Below, piece after piece: positions 17,158 to 27,090 of a stretch of DNA of 64,000 bases (the stretch's first letter is position 1; each line of letters opens with the position of its first letter). Source of the stretch: an uncultured Chloroflexia bacterium (GTDB taxonomy: Bacteria > Chloroflexota > Limnocylindria > Limnocylindrales > CSP1-4); assembly GCA_963833225.1 (NCBI GenBank), contig CAWHXD010000006.1, positions 256,001 through 320,000 of the forward strand, in the 5' to 3' direction. Position numbers and translations under genes: made by a program. The notes under the pieces are model-generated. The model was not told where the DNA came from, searched no databases, and was given only the letters and a program-made list of their open reading frames with translations.

Positions 17158-18528
17158 CTACTCGGCGGCCGTCGCGCCGGTGAACGTGAACGAGGACAGG
17201 CGCAGCGACGGCACGACGGACGCGCCCATCATCCCCCGGATGCACCGGCGTTCCCGGCTGACGGCCTCGACGTTCGACAGGGCGTCCAGGTAGGACATCG
17301 TGAACCGGAGGTTCCGGACGGGGCCGACGACCCGGCCACCCTCGACCAGGAACGTCCCGTCACGCGTCATCCCGGTGATGACCACCCGCTTGGAGTGGAC
17401 CGGGTTGGTGTAGTGGAACCGGGTGACGAGCAACCCGCGATCCAGGCCTCCGAGCAGCTCCTCCATCGACGCCTCGCCGGCCGCCATCACCATATTGGTG
17501 GGGAACGGGCCCCACGGATTCGGTGCCGGCAGGCCATGCCCGGTCGAAGCGCGTCCGGCCCGGGCGGCGGTCTGGGCGTCGAAGGCGAGGTCGCGGCAGA
17601 CACCGGCGTCGAGCAGTGTCAGCCGCTGCTTGGGCACGCCCTCGGCGTCGAAGCCCATCGGCAGCCCGGCCGGATCGGCCCCGTCGTCGAACAGGCTCAC
17701 CAGGGGCGAGGCGACACGACGGCCGGCCTCCCAGAACGAGCGGTCCTCCTGCACGGCGAGGGCGGAGAAGCCCAGGTACCCGAGCATGTCCGCCAGGTCC
17801 ACCACCGCGTAGTGGTGGAGCACCACCGGGTATTCGCCCGGGGCGAGGTCCACGGGGTTGACCGAGGCACGGGCGCGATCGGCCGCCTCGTGTCCCACGG
17901 CGTGGGCGTCGATGGTGGTGGCATCGACGGCATTCTGCTCCGCGTAGCCGGTCCCGCTGTCGGGGCCCATGGTCACGGTCAGCAGCTGCGAGCTGCTCCG
18001 ACGCTCGGCAACCCGGATGCCGGTGGAGCTGGCGACGGCGACGGCCTCGCTGTCGGTCGAGAACGAGCCGAACGCCGTGACCCCCGCCTCATCGGCAGCC
18101 GAGATCACGGCTCGAGCCCCCTCGGCGCGGAGCTCAGGGCTGGCCTCCGCGGTGCCGATCGACCAGGCGTCGGTGAGGGCCTCCACGGGGGCCGCTGCCG
18201 GGAGCCCCGGCCAGTCCTCCAGCTCCGCCACGTTGGCGGTGATCGCGGCAGCCCGCTCCACGAGGGCGCGGATTCCCTCGGCGTCCGCCCGACCGCTGCT
18301 CGCGACCCCAACGCGCCGTCCGGTGACGAAGCGCAGGTTGACCAGGACCTCGCTGCTGGCCACGTTCTGGTGGATCTCGCTGTTCGCGAAGCGGGTCAGG
18401 GCGGACTCGCCGGCGACGACGAACACCTCTGCCTCGCCTGCGCCGGCCGTCTCAGCTCTCGAGAGGACGTTCTCGGCGAGGTGCAGCGCTGCCTCCGGAT
18501 CTGCCGCAACACCGTGCCCGCCGCTCAC
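17158..18528 (-). CDS. pmbA: TldE/PmbA family protein
   Basis: TRFANSEIHQNV, FDAEGVP, STGHG and TGMTRDG motifs; no HExxxH. GTG overlaps the tldD stop. Confidence 0.85.
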   Translation of the reverse strand: MSGGHGVAADPEAALHLAENVLSRAETAGAGEAEVFVVAGESALTRFANSEIHQNVASSEVLVNLRFVTGRRVGVASSGRADAEGIRALVERAAAITANVAELEDWPGLPAAAPVEALTDAWSIGTAEASPELRAEGARAVISAADEAGVTAFGSFSTDSEAVAVASSTGIRVAERRSSSQLLTVTMGPDSGTGYAEQNAVDATTIDAHAVGHEAADRARASVNPVDLAPGEYPVVLHHYAVVDLADMLGYLGFSALAVQEDRSFWEAGRRVASPLVSLFDDGADPAGLPMGFDAEGVPKQRLTLLDAGVCRDLAFDAQTAARAGRASTGHGLPAPNPWGPFPTNMVMAAGEASMEELLGGLDRGLLVTRFHYTNPVHSKRVVITGMTRDGTFLVEGGRVVGPVRNLRFTMSYLDALSNVEAVSRERRCIRGMMGASVVPSLRLSSFTFTGATAAE

Positions 18529-19967
18529 GACGCCACCCCGACCCGGACGTTCCGGAACCTGGCCCCGGACACGCCGTGGCCCACATGCCCCTCCTGGCCG
18601 GGTTCGCCCTTGCCGCAGTTCGGCGTCCCCCACATCGACCACGACGAGGCATCTCCGACGGCGTCCATCGACCGCCACAGCTCGTACGTGATGCCGGTGT
18701 AGGTCGCGTTCCGGTACAGGCGGCCCACCTTGCCACCCTTGACCTCACGGCAGACCTCGGTGGAGAACTGGAAGTTGAGACGCCGGTCGTCGATGGACCA
18801 GGAGCGGTTGGTCTCGAGCAGGAGGCCGTCGTCCGTGTCCGCGATGATCTGGTCGAAGCTCATCCCGGGCTTGGGCAGCAGGTTCACGTTGGTCATCCGG
18901 ATCAGCGGGATCCGGTTCCAGCCGTCCGCGCGCATCGCCCCGCCGCTCTCGCGACCGATGCGGGGAGCCGTCTCGCGCGAGCTGAGGTAGCCCGTGAAGA
19001 TCCCGTCCTTGACGAGATGGACCCGCTGCGCCGCGACCCCCTCGTCGTCCCAGCCAAAGGTGCCGAGCCCGCCGGGGACCGTGGCATCGGCGACGATGTC
19101 GCACAGGTCGGAGCCGTAGCGGAAGTGGCCCAGCATGTCCGGCAGGAGGAAGCTGGTGCCGGCGTACGAGGCCTCGGTCCCGAACGCGCGATCCAGCTCG
19201 GTGGGGTGACCGCAGCTCTCGTGCACCTGCATGTAGAGCTGTGACGGATGCAGGAGGATCGTGCGCATGCCCGCAGGCAGCGGCGGCGCGGACAGGAGCT
19301 CCACGGCCTCCGACGCGATCCGTTCGGCGGTGCCCGCCAGGTCCATCGCCCGCACGTACTCGTAGCCGGCCGACGCCCACCCGCCGCCGTTGTCGGGATA
19401 GCTGCGACGCTGGTGCTCGTCGCCCTCGACGGCGTTGGCCTCGACGCCGGACCCGACATGCGTGATCACCTGCTCGGTGTAGCTGCCGTCGCTGGCCGCA
19501 AACGTCTTCCACTCACGCTGCGCCCCGTAGACGCTCTCGGTCCACGCGATCCCCTTGACCGCGTTCATCGCCCGATCGGCGGCGAGGAGGTCGTCGATCT
19601 TGCGGTCGAGGGGAACGGCGAACGGATCCTCGCCGACGGGGCTTTCGAACCGGCCATGGGCAGGAGGCCGGCCGTCGAGCACCACCGGGTTGCGGATCGT
19701 CGTCGCGCTGGCCCTTGCGATCCGGACCGCATCCGCCGCGACTCGATCCGCCTCGGCGGTCGTCAGCACGTGGCTGGCGGCGAACCCCCACGCGCCACCC
19801 ACGAGCACCCGGACCCCAAACCCCTCGCTCTCCCCGCTGGACACGCCCTCCACGCGGGTCGTCTTGATGGTGATGGATTCCTCGAGGCGTCGGACCACGC
19901 GCACATCGGCATACGTCGCGCCCAGCGCGGTGGCCGTGTCGAGGGCACGGCTCGTCAGATCACGCAT
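18525..19967 (-). CDS. tldD: TldD family metalloprotease
   Basis: HESCGHPTELD (HExxGH), WDDEGV, RMTNVNL and CGKG motifs. Start is 19967 or 20027. Confidence 0.9.
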   Translation of the reverse strand: MRDLTSRALDTATALGATYADVRVVRRLEESITIKTTRVEGVSSGESEGFGVRVLVGGAWGFAASHVLTTAEADRVAADAVRIARASATTIRNPVVLDGRPPAHGRFESPVGEDPFAVPLDRKIDDLLAADRAMNAVKGIAWTESVYGAQREWKTFAASDGSYTEQVITHVGSGVEANAVEGDEHQRRSYPDNGGGWASAGYEYVRAMDLAGTAERIASEAVELLSAPPLPAGMRTILLHPSQLYMQVHESCGHPTELDRAFGTEASYAGTSFLLPDMLGHFRYGSDLCDIVADATVPGGLGTFGWDDEGVAAQRVHLVKDGIFTGYLSSRETAPRIGRESGGAMRADGWNRIPLIRMTNVNLLPKPGMSFDQIIADTDDGLLLETNRSWSIDDRRLNFQFSTEVCREVKGGKVGRLYRNATYTGITYELWRSMDAVGDASSWSMWGTPNCGKGEPGQEGHVGHGVSGARFRNVRVGVAS

Positions 19968-20197
19968 TGCCGTCGAGGGTATCGCGGTCGACGGCTCGTT
20001 GTCGTTGGGGGACGTTCGGCCCCCCATCGGCCCCCCATCGGCCCTGTAGGGGAGGGACAGGTGGACGTGAGACTCGGCAGATCCGACGACCTCCTGGCGC
20101 GCGCGGCAAGAGCGATTGTGAGCGCCGCACGGGCCGCCGGGCGCACTGGGCGCGGCCACGCGGGGCGCGCCGACGCGACGGGTGGAGGAGAGACACG

Positions 20198-21418
20198 ATG
20201 GGCGACGCCGTCGGGCTCGGAACGAGCCCCTACCTCGAACCTGGCTCGACACCGCCGCCGGGCGAGGACCCCGGAGCGGGCTGGCTGATGACCGCGCTGG
20301 CAAGTCGCGGGGTGAGCCGCCGCCGGTTCCTGGGGTTCGCTTCGGCCATGACGGCGCTGCTGGCGCTGCCGCAGGCGATGGCGCCGCAGATCGTCAAGGC
20401 GCTCGAGGATCCCAAGCGCAAGCCAGTCGTGGTCTGGCTGGAGTTCCAGGACTGTGCCGGCAACAGCGAATCGATGCTCCGCAGCAGCCACCCGACCGTG
20501 GCTGACGTCGTGCTCGACGTGGTCTCCTGGGAGTACCACGAGACCATCATGGCGGGCGCCGGCCACCAGGCGGAGGCGGTGCTGGAGCGCGTCAGGACAG
20601 GTTCGGATCCCTACGTGCTGATCGTCGAGGGGTCCATCCCCACGGCGGACGGTGGCGTCTACTGCACCATCGGCGGCAAGACCGCGGTCCAGCACCTGCA
20701 GGAGATGGCCGCCAACGCCGCGCTCGTCGTGGCCGTCGGCGCCTGCGCCTGGGACGGCGGGTTCCCACGTCTTGGGCCCACGGGGGCCGTCGGCGTCGGG
20801 GACATCATCGGCAACAAGCCGCTGGTCAATCTCGGCGGCTGTCCGCACAACCCGGCCAACACCGCTGCGACGCTCGTCCACTACCTGACGTTCGGCAAGG
20901 CACCCGCTCTCGACAGCTACAACCGTCCGCTCTTCGCGTACGGCCACCTGATCCACGACCAGTGTGAGCGCCGCGCGCACTTCGACGCCGGTCGGTTCGT
21001 CGAGGCGTGGGGTGACGCTGGGCACCGCGAGGGCTGGTGCCTGTACAAGATGGGCTGCAAGGGCCCGCAGGCGACCTTCAACTGCCCGATCGTTCGCTGG
21101 AATGACAGCACCAACTGGCCGATCGGCGCCGGGCATGGCTGCATCGCCTGTGCGTCTCCCAGGTTCTGGGAGCGGATGAGCCCGTTCTACGACCGGCTGC
21201 CGGACGTCAAGATGTTCAGCGTCGACGTCGACGCGCAGACGATCGGCCTGGGAGCGGTGGGGTTCGTGGCCGTCGGCACGGCGATCCACGCGGGCGGCGT
21301 CGTCGCCCGGCGCGCGAGAGAGCGCAGAAAGCGCGCGATGGTGGCGGCGGATGGCACCGTTGTGCCCGGCCCGGCGTCCGAGCCCGCTTCGTCGGCCGAC
21401 GCCGACGAGCAGAACTAG
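20198..21418 (+). CDS. Group 1 [NiFe]-hydrogenase small subunit (Tat signal, C-terminal anchor)
   Basis: SRRRFLG Tat motif; WLEFQDCAGNSES, GCP, HDQCER, CLYKMGCKGP and GHGCIAC; hydrophobic C-terminus; SD GGAGGAG. Confidence 0.95.
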   Translation: MGDAVGLGTSPYLEPGSTPPPGEDPGAGWLMTALASRGVSRRRFLGFASAMTALLALPQAMAPQIVKALEDPKRKPVVVWLEFQDCAGNSESMLRSSHPTVADVVLDVVSWEYHETIMAGAGHQAEAVLERVRTGSDPYVLIVEGSIPTADGGVYCTIGGKTAVQHLQEMAANAALVVAVGACAWDGGFPRLGPTGAVGVGDIIGNKPLVNLGGCPHNPANTAATLVHYLTFGKAPALDSYNRPLFAYGHLIHDQCERRAHFDAGRFVEAWGDAGHREGWCLYKMGCKGPQATFNCPIVRWNDSTNWPIGAGHGCIACASPRFWERMSPFYDRLPDVKMFSVDVDAQTIGLGAVGFVAVGTAIHAGGVVARRARERRKRAMVAADGTVVPGPASEPASSADADEQN

Positions 21419-21427
21419 GAGCGGACG

Positions 21428-23140
21428 ATGGTTGACCGAATCGTCATCGATCCCGTCACGCGGATCGAGGGTCATCTCCGGATCGAAGCCCAGGTCGAGA
21501 ACGGCAAGGTCGCCGCGGCCTACTCGTCCGGAACCATGTTCCGCGGCATGGAGCTCATCCTCAAGGGCCGCGACCCGCGCGAGGCGTGGATCTGGGCCCA
21601 GCGGATCTGCGGCGTCTGCACCACCGTGCACGCGCACGCTTCGGTGTACGCAGTGGAGGACGCGCTGGGCATCGAGATCCCGCCCAACGCGCGCCTGATC
21701 CGCAACCTGATCGCCGGCGCCCAGCACATCCAGGACCACGTCATCCACTTCTATCACCTGCACGCGCTCGACTGGGTCGACGTGACGGGTGCCCTCGTGG
21801 CGGATCCGGCCAAGACCTCCGAGCTCGCCCAGTCCATCTCGGACTGGGACAAGAGCTCGACCGACTACTTCGCCGCCGTCCAGGCCCGGGTCAAGAAGCT
21901 CGTGGACTCAGGCCAGCTCAGCCTGTTCGCCAGCGGCTACTGGGGCCACCCGGCCTACCGGCTGCCGCCCGAGGCCAACCTCATGGCGGTCGCGCACTAC
22001 CTCGAGGCGCTCGAGTGGCAGCGCGACGTCATCCGCGTCCATGCCGTCCTGGGCGGCAAGAACCCGCATCCGCAGACGTACCTCGTCGGCGGGATGGCCT
22101 CAGCCGTGGACGGCAGCTCGCCCAACGTCGTCAACTGGGAGCGGGTCGGCTTCATCCAGGAGCGCATCAAGACGATGCGCGCCTTCGTGGAGAAGGTCTA
22201 CGTCCCGGACGTCAAGGCCGTCGCCGCCTTCTACCCGGAGTGGTGGGGCCTTGGGGCCGGGCACAAGAACTACCTCTCGTACGGCGGCCTGCAGGACGGT
22301 GCCCGCGCCGACGAGGCGCTGTTCGGGTTCAACCGCGGGATCATCGTCGGGGGCGACATCTCCAAGGTCGTCCCGCTGGACCAGCAGAAGATCACCGAGG
22401 CCATCGCCCACAGCTACTACGAGTACGGGGCCGGCGACCAGGCCGCGCTTCACCCGTGGTCGGGCGAGACCAACCCGAAGTACACGGGTCCGACGCCGCC
22501 CTACGAGCAGCTCGACGTCGAGGCCAAGTACAGCTGGCTCAAGTCGCCGCGCTACGACGGCATGCCGATGGAGGTCGGCCCGCTGTCGCGGATGCTGGTC
22601 GCCTATGCCTCCGGCAACAAGCGGGTCCAGGACCTGGTCAACGGCGCGCTCACGGAGCTCAACCTCCAGCCGGCCGCGCTGTTCTCCACCCTGGGCAGGG
22701 TCGCGGCCCGGGCGCTGGAGTCGGTGTACCTGCTGGACCTCATGGACACCTGGATCGGCCAGCTCGCCGCGAACATGGAGTCCGGAGATCTCCGGATCCA
22801 CGAGGGCGCGAAGTGGGATCCCTCCACCTGGCCTGCCGAGACCGAGGGTTGGGGCTTCCACGAGGCGCCGCGCGGTGCCCTGGGGCACTGGGTGAAGATC
22901 AAGGACCGCAAGATCGAGAACTACCAGGCCGTCGTCCCGTCGACCTGGAATGCCGGTCCGCGTGACCAGCAGGGCCAGCCGGGTCCGTACGAGGCGTCGC
23001 TCGAGGGCACGCCGGTCGCGGACCCGGAGAAGCCGCTCGAGCTCCTCCGCACGATCCACTCGTTCGACCCGTGCCTCGCGTGCGCGGTCCACGTCGTGGA
23101 TGCAACCGGTCGGGAGCGGGTGCGCGTGGAGGTGCGGTGA
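21428..23140 (+). CDS. Group 1 [NiFe]-hydrogenase large subunit
   Basis: DPVTRIEGH, L1 RICGVCTTVH, L2 FDPCLACAVH plus cleavable C-terminal tail. Confidence 0.97.
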   Translation: MVDRIVIDPVTRIEGHLRIEAQVENGKVAAAYSSGTMFRGMELILKGRDPREAWIWAQRICGVCTTVHAHASVYAVEDALGIEIPPNARLIRNLIAGAQHIQDHVIHFYHLHALDWVDVTGALVADPAKTSELAQSISDWDKSSTDYFAAVQARVKKLVDSGQLSLFASGYWGHPAYRLPPEANLMAVAHYLEALEWQRDVIRVHAVLGGKNPHPQTYLVGGMASAVDGSSPNVVNWERVGFIQERIKTMRAFVEKVYVPDVKAVAAFYPEWWGLGAGHKNYLSYGGLQDGARADEALFGFNRGIIVGGDISKVVPLDQQKITEAIAHSYYEYGAGDQAALHPWSGETNPKYTGPTPPYEQLDVEAKYSWLKSPRYDGMPMEVGPLSRMLVAYASGNKRVQDLVNGALTELNLQPAALFSTLGRVAARALESVYLLDLMDTWIGQLAANMESGDLRIHEGAKWDPSTWPAETEGWGFHEAPRGALGHWVKIKDRKIENYQAVVPSTWNAGPRDQQGQPGPYEASLEGTPVADPEKPLELLRTIHSFDPCLACAVHVVDATGRERVRVEVR

Positions 23141-23934
23141 TGGCCGCCACCCCGATCATCAAGCCGGCCGCCGAGCAGGAGGACGACACCGTCCTCGGCT
23201 GCAGCCCGATCTACGTCTGGGAGGTCCCGGTCCGCGTGACCCACTGGGCGATCGTCACCTCGATCGTCGCGCTTGGGCTCACCGGCCTGTACATGCACGG
23301 GCCGTTCATCGTGCCCAGCCAGCCCGTTGAGGCGTCCGCGGTGATGGCCTCGGTCCGCTTCTGGCACGAGATGTTCGCGATCGTGTTCACGATCTCGATC
23401 GCGGTTCGCTTCTACTGGGGGTTCGTGGGCAACAGCTTCGCGAGCTGGCGCCAGATCATCCCGCACCGCCGGGATCAGCTCTACTGGCTGGGCCAGATGG
23501 CGAAGTACTACTCGTTCCGTCGCCGGCACCCGGCGCCGTACGCGGGCCACAACCATCTGGCGGGCCTGGCCTACACGGTCGTCTCGATCGGCCTGTTCGC
23601 CCAGGTCCTGTCTGGCCTGCTGCTGTTCGGCTGGATCATGCAGTCCGGTCCGATCCACACCTTCTTCGGGTGGGGCAACGCCTTCCCGCTCGGTGGCATC
23701 CAGGGCGTCCGGACCCTCCACTACATCCTGACCTTCCTGTTTGCCGCCTTCGCGATGCATCACGTCTACTCCGCGATCCTCGTGGATATCGAGGAGAAGA
23801 CGGGCGTGATGTCATCGATCTTCTCGGGGTACAAGAACATCCGGCCCAGCTCGTCCCTCGAGGCCCTGGGCCTCGTGGGCGACTCGCCGGAGGAGCGTGC
23901 TCGCAGCGAGTTCTGGGAGAACGAGGATGCATGA
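23140..23934 (+). CDS. Ni/Fe-hydrogenase b-type cytochrome subunit
   Basis: YVWEVPVRVTHW, RFWHE, GHNHLA and RTLHY...HHVY heme-ligating His residues. Confidence 0.92.
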   Translation: MAATPIIKPAAEQEDDTVLGCSPIYVWEVPVRVTHWAIVTSIVALGLTGLYMHGPFIVPSQPVEASAVMASVRFWHEMFAIVFTISIAVRFYWGFVGNSFASWRQIIPHRRDQLYWLGQMAKYYSFRRRHPAPYAGHNHLAGLAYTVVSIGLFAQVLSGLLLFGWIMQSGPIHTFFGWGNAFPLGGIQGVRTLHYILTFLFAAFAMHHVYSAILVDIEEKTGVMSSIFSGYKNIRPSSSLEALGLVGDSPEERARSEFWENEDA

Positions 23935-24301
23935 AGCGGGCCTGCTGGCCGCCGCGGTCGCTGAGGCGCTCGCGGCGGCCGCACCCGCCGACACGAAATC
24001 GATGGGCCCCGGCTCCACCGGGGCCCATCGTTCGATGATCCTCGAGGTCCGGGTCCACGACCCGATCCACGTCGCGCCAGAGTCCGCACGCCTCCACGCG
24101 GAGCTGGCCCTTCGTGCCCGGGGGCTGGTGGACGTCGAGATCCTGGTCACCGCCGACCCGGTCACCTGCGTCCTGTGTGACGTCGAGAACACGGTGATCG
24201 CGTCCCACCCGTTCTGCGCCGAGTGCGGCTGGCCGCTGCCCGACCAGGGCGGTCATGCCGTCGAGGCGGTCGTGCGCTGGGCCGGTGAGGTCCCTGCTTG
24301 A
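23927..24301 (+). CDS. HypA/HybF-like nickel chaperone
   Basis: N-terminal MHE plus CVLC...CAEC zinc motifs, within the hydrogenase operon. Confidence 0.75.
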   Translation: MHEAGLLAAAVAEALAAAAPADTKSMGPGSTGAHRSMILEVRVHDPIHVAPESARLHAELALRARGLVDVEILVTADPVTCVLCDVENTVIASHPFCAECGWPLPDQGGHAVEAVVRWAGEVPA

Positions 24302-24786
24302 GCTCGTATGTCGTCCTCGGGCTGGGCAACCGGCTCGAGACGGACGAGGCGCTGGGCGCGCTGGTCATCGAGGAGCTGCAGCGGGACCCGGAGCACCTCG
24401 CGGGGCTGCCCGACCCGGCCGCGGTGGGGTTGATCGACGGCGGCACCGTGGGTCTTGCGTTGCTGCCCTACCTGATGAGCCTCGACGGGCTGGTGGTCGT
24501 CGACGCCATCACCGCGAAGACCGAGCCCGGCACGCTGATCGACCTCGACGGCGCGTCGCTCATCGCGCACGAGCAGGTGATGAGCGTCCACGACCTTGGC
24601 GCGGGCGAGCTGCTCGGGGCGCTGCACGTGCTGGAGGCGTGGCCGCGGCGCGTGCGGGTGATCGGGCTGGAGCCCAAGGCGATCGAGCTCGGCCTGGAGT
24701 TGAGCGAACCGGTGGCGGCCGGGGTGCCCGGATTGCTCAAGGCGATCACCGGCCACCTCGAAGCGTGGCAGCGCGCGGACGGGTAG
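24298..24786 (+). CDS. Hydrogenase maturation endopeptidase (HyaD/HybD family)
   Basis: VLGLGNRLETDEALG, IDGGT, VVVDAI and SVHD motifs. Confidence 0.9.
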   Translation: MSSYVVLGLGNRLETDEALGALVIEELQRDPEHLAGLPDPAAVGLIDGGTVGLALLPYLMSLDGLVVVDAITAKTEPGTLIDLDGASLIAHEQVMSVHDLGAGELLGALHVLEAWPRRVRVIGLEPKAIELGLELSEPVAAGVPGLLKAITGHLEAWQRADG

Positions 24787-24838
24787 CCTCGGCCGGGTAG
24801 CCTCGGCCGGCGGCGGCTGATCGCCTACACTCGCCCAC

Positions 24839-25528
24839 GTGGCTGCCCCCGTTCCGCGCCCGCATCCGGGCCTGTTCATCACCCTCGAGGGGCCCGACGG
24901 CTCGGGCAAGTCGAGCCTGATGCCGCGTCTGGCGGCAGTCCTGGCGGCTGGCGGCTGCGAGGTCGTCACCACCCGCGAGCCGGGGTCCACGCCGCTCGGC
25001 GATCAGATGCGGCGGCTGGTCCTGGACACCGACCCTCCGATCGACCGGGGTGGCCGTGCCGATGCGCTCCTGTTCGCCGCCTCCCGGGCGCAGCATGTGG
25101 AGGAGGTCATCCGGCCGGCGATCGCTCGTGGGGCGATCGTCATCTGCGACCGGTACGCGGACTCCTCGCTCGCCTACCAGGGCGCGGGCTCCGGCGTGCC
25201 GATGGGCGAGCTCCGTCAGGTCCAGCGTTTCGCGACGGGCGGACTTGCGCCGGATCTGACCGTCCTGCTCGATCTGCCGGTCGAGGTGGGGCTGCGGCGC
25301 AAGTCGGCCGAGATCACGAGGTTCGAGGCGTTCCAGGACGTCGCCTACCACGAGCGGGTGCGGGCGGCGTTCCTGGGGTTCGCCGCCGATGAGCCGGGGC
25401 GCTACGCGGTGGTGGACGCGAACGCGCCCGCTGAGCAGGTGCTGGCGAGTGCGCTGGCGGCTGTGACCCGGGTGGCCCACCGACTGCCGTGTCTTGCCGC
25501 CGTCCTGCCCCCGGTCGCCCGCGTCTGA
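24839..25528 (+). CDS. tmk: Thymidylate (dTMP) kinase
   Basis: FITLEGPDGSGKS, TREPG, ICDRYADSSLAYQG. Confidence 0.95.
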   Translation: MAAPVPRPHPGLFITLEGPDGSGKSSLMPRLAAVLAAGGCEVVTTREPGSTPLGDQMRRLVLDTDPPIDRGGRADALLFAASRAQHVEEVIRPAIARGAIVICDRYADSSLAYQGAGSGVPMGELRQVQRFATGGLAPDLTVLLDLPVEVGLRRKSAEITRFEAFQDVAYHERVRAAFLGFAADEPGRYAVVDANAPAEQVLASALAAVTRVAHRLPCLAAVLPPVARV

Positions 25529-25579
25529 AGCGAACCCTAGGTCGCCTGGGGAGAGTCAGGCGCGCCGGACCGCGGTCCG

Positions 25580-26599
25580 TCAGCCCGCAGACGCCTCGAC
25601 GATCGACGCCCGGTCGGCGGCCCCGCCCAGTGCCGTGCGCGCCGTTGCCAGGAGCGACTCGGCGTCGGCCCCGTCCTGCGGGAAGCGGGCAATCCCGGCC
25701 GACACGGAGATGGAGTGATCGCCGACCGCGTCGAGCTTGGCGATCCCGTCCATGACTCGCCTGGCGACCGTCACTCCGGCTGACCCCGGAGCGACCAGCA
25801 CGAACTCGTCGCCACCGGTGCGGGCAATCGTATCCACGAGGCGGACACTCTCGGCGAGCACCGTCGCGACCTGGCGCAGGACGTGGTCCCCGGCCAGTGA
25901 CCCGGAGGCCAGGTTGAGCTCGCGGAACGCGTCAACGTCGAACAGCGCGACCGACACCTCGGTGTTCTGCCGTTGCGCCCTCGCGACCTCGAGGTCGAGG
26001 ACCCGGGTCAGGGTGCGCGCATTGGCCAGGCCCGTGAGCGGATCGGTGAGCGCCACCCGCTCCAGCCACTCGACCCGCTCATCGGCCATGGACGACGTCC
26101 GGAAGGTGGCCACGGCCGCCGCGGCGAGGTCCGCGACCGCGACCAGGAGCGCCTCCTGGTCGGTGTCGATCTCGTGCTCGCCTTCCCACCCGAAGGTGAG
26201 GACGCCGACGCACGCCTCGACGCTGCCGCTGGCGGCCACGACGAGCGGCAGGTCCGCGCCGGTCATGGTCGATCCGCCGGCCGTCTGGCCGACGCGTCCC
26301 ACGGACCCCGAGCGGTCCAGGGCCGCGTGGTGGATCGGATGTTCAGGGTTGGTCGCCACCTCCGCCTCGAAAGCCTCGACGGCATCGTCGGCGATCCCGA
26401 GCGTCAGCAGCAGCTCGAGGGCGTTGCGATCCGGATCCTGCGCGAAGACCGCCGCCATGGTCGCCCCCGTCGCGGCTGCGCCCGCCTCGACGATGACGGC
26501 AAGTGCCGTGTCCAGGTCCTGGGCACGCGCGAGCGCGGCCGCACCGGCTGCCAGCACGCCCAGCGTGCCGCTGCCGGCGCCGACCTTGGTGTCCGCCAC
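25580..26599 (-). CDS. GAF + GGDEF domain protein (diguanylate cyclase-like)
   Basis: ALTDPLTGLAN, RLVD (I-site) five residues before GGDEF, SVSAGIA; N-terminal GAF-like region. Confidence 0.85.
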   Translation of the reverse strand: MADTKVGAGSGTLGVLAAGAAALARAQDLDTALAVIVEAGAAATGATMAAVFAQDPDRNALELLLTLGIADDAVEAFEAEVATNPEHPIHHAALDRSGSVGRVGQTAGGSTMTGADLPLVVAASGSVEACVGVLTFGWEGEHEIDTDQEALLVAVADLAAAAVATFRTSSMADERVEWLERVALTDPLTGLANARTLTRVLDLEVARAQRQNTEVSVALFDVDAFRELNLASGSLAGDHVLRQVATVLAESVRLVDTIARTGGDEFVLVAPGSAGVTVARRVMDGIAKLDAVGDHSISVSAGIARFPQDGADAESLLATARTALGGAADRASIVEASAG

Positions 26600-26760
26600 G
26601 AGTCCCTCCGCGATCTTGGGATGGCAGGCCCGTCCAGACCTCCAGACGACGTTGGACCATGAGCCCCAAGCGACTTCGCATGCTACACCGCCCCTGCGGA
26701 CGGAGCGCCACCTGTGCGTGGACCGCGCCCCGGACGCGGCCGTGGGCTATGCTCCGCGAC

Positions 26761-27090
26761 GTGAAGCTCGTCGTAGCCATCGTGCACAACGAAGACGCGG
26801 GTGCGCTCGTCGACGCGCTGCTGGAGCGCGACTTCCGGGCCACGCGTCTCCATTCCTCGGGTGGGTTCCTCAAGCAGTCCAACGCCACGGTCATGCTGGG
26901 CGTGGAGGACGACGAGGTCGTCGAGGTGATGGGGATCGTCCGCGAGAGCTGCCACTCCAGGACCCAGATCGTGAACCCCATGCCCCCGATCATGGAGCCC
27001 GGCGAGTTCTTCATGCCCTATCCCCTCGAGGTCGAGGTGGGCGGGGCAACCGTGTTCGTGGTCCCCGTGGAGCGCTTCGAACGGCTGTGA
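26761..27090 (+). CDS. darA: PII-like cyclic-di-AMP receptor (DarA/PstA/YaaQ family)
   Basis: KLVVAIVHNEDA...ATRLHSSGGFLKQSNAT...VEVGGATVFVVPVERF. Confidence 0.9.
   Translation: MKLVVAIVHNEDAGALVDALLERDFRATRLHSSGGFLKQSNATVMLGVEDDEVVEVMGIVRESCHSRTQIVNPMPPIMEPGEFFMPYPLEVEVGGATVFVVPVERFERL

Noticed and set aside
17158-19967. TldD/E as part of a RiPP cluster or of hydrogenase maturation
   Set aside because: No precursor peptide or modifying enzymes nearby, and the hydrogenase has its own dedicated protease; adjacency alone is not evidence.
24782-24810. Short tandem duplications (GGTAGCCTCGGCCG x2 here; GCCCCCCATCG x2 near 20019; CTCCTGTAGCGGGC x2 near 60770)
   Set aside because: Isolated slippage-type duplications around stop codons or in intergenic DNA, with no associated element.
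25737-27086. Apparent 450-aa N-terminal extension of proline dehydrogenase
   Set aside because: It overlaps the GGDEF gene (antisense) and darA. The real start is GTG 27087, coupled to the darA stop.
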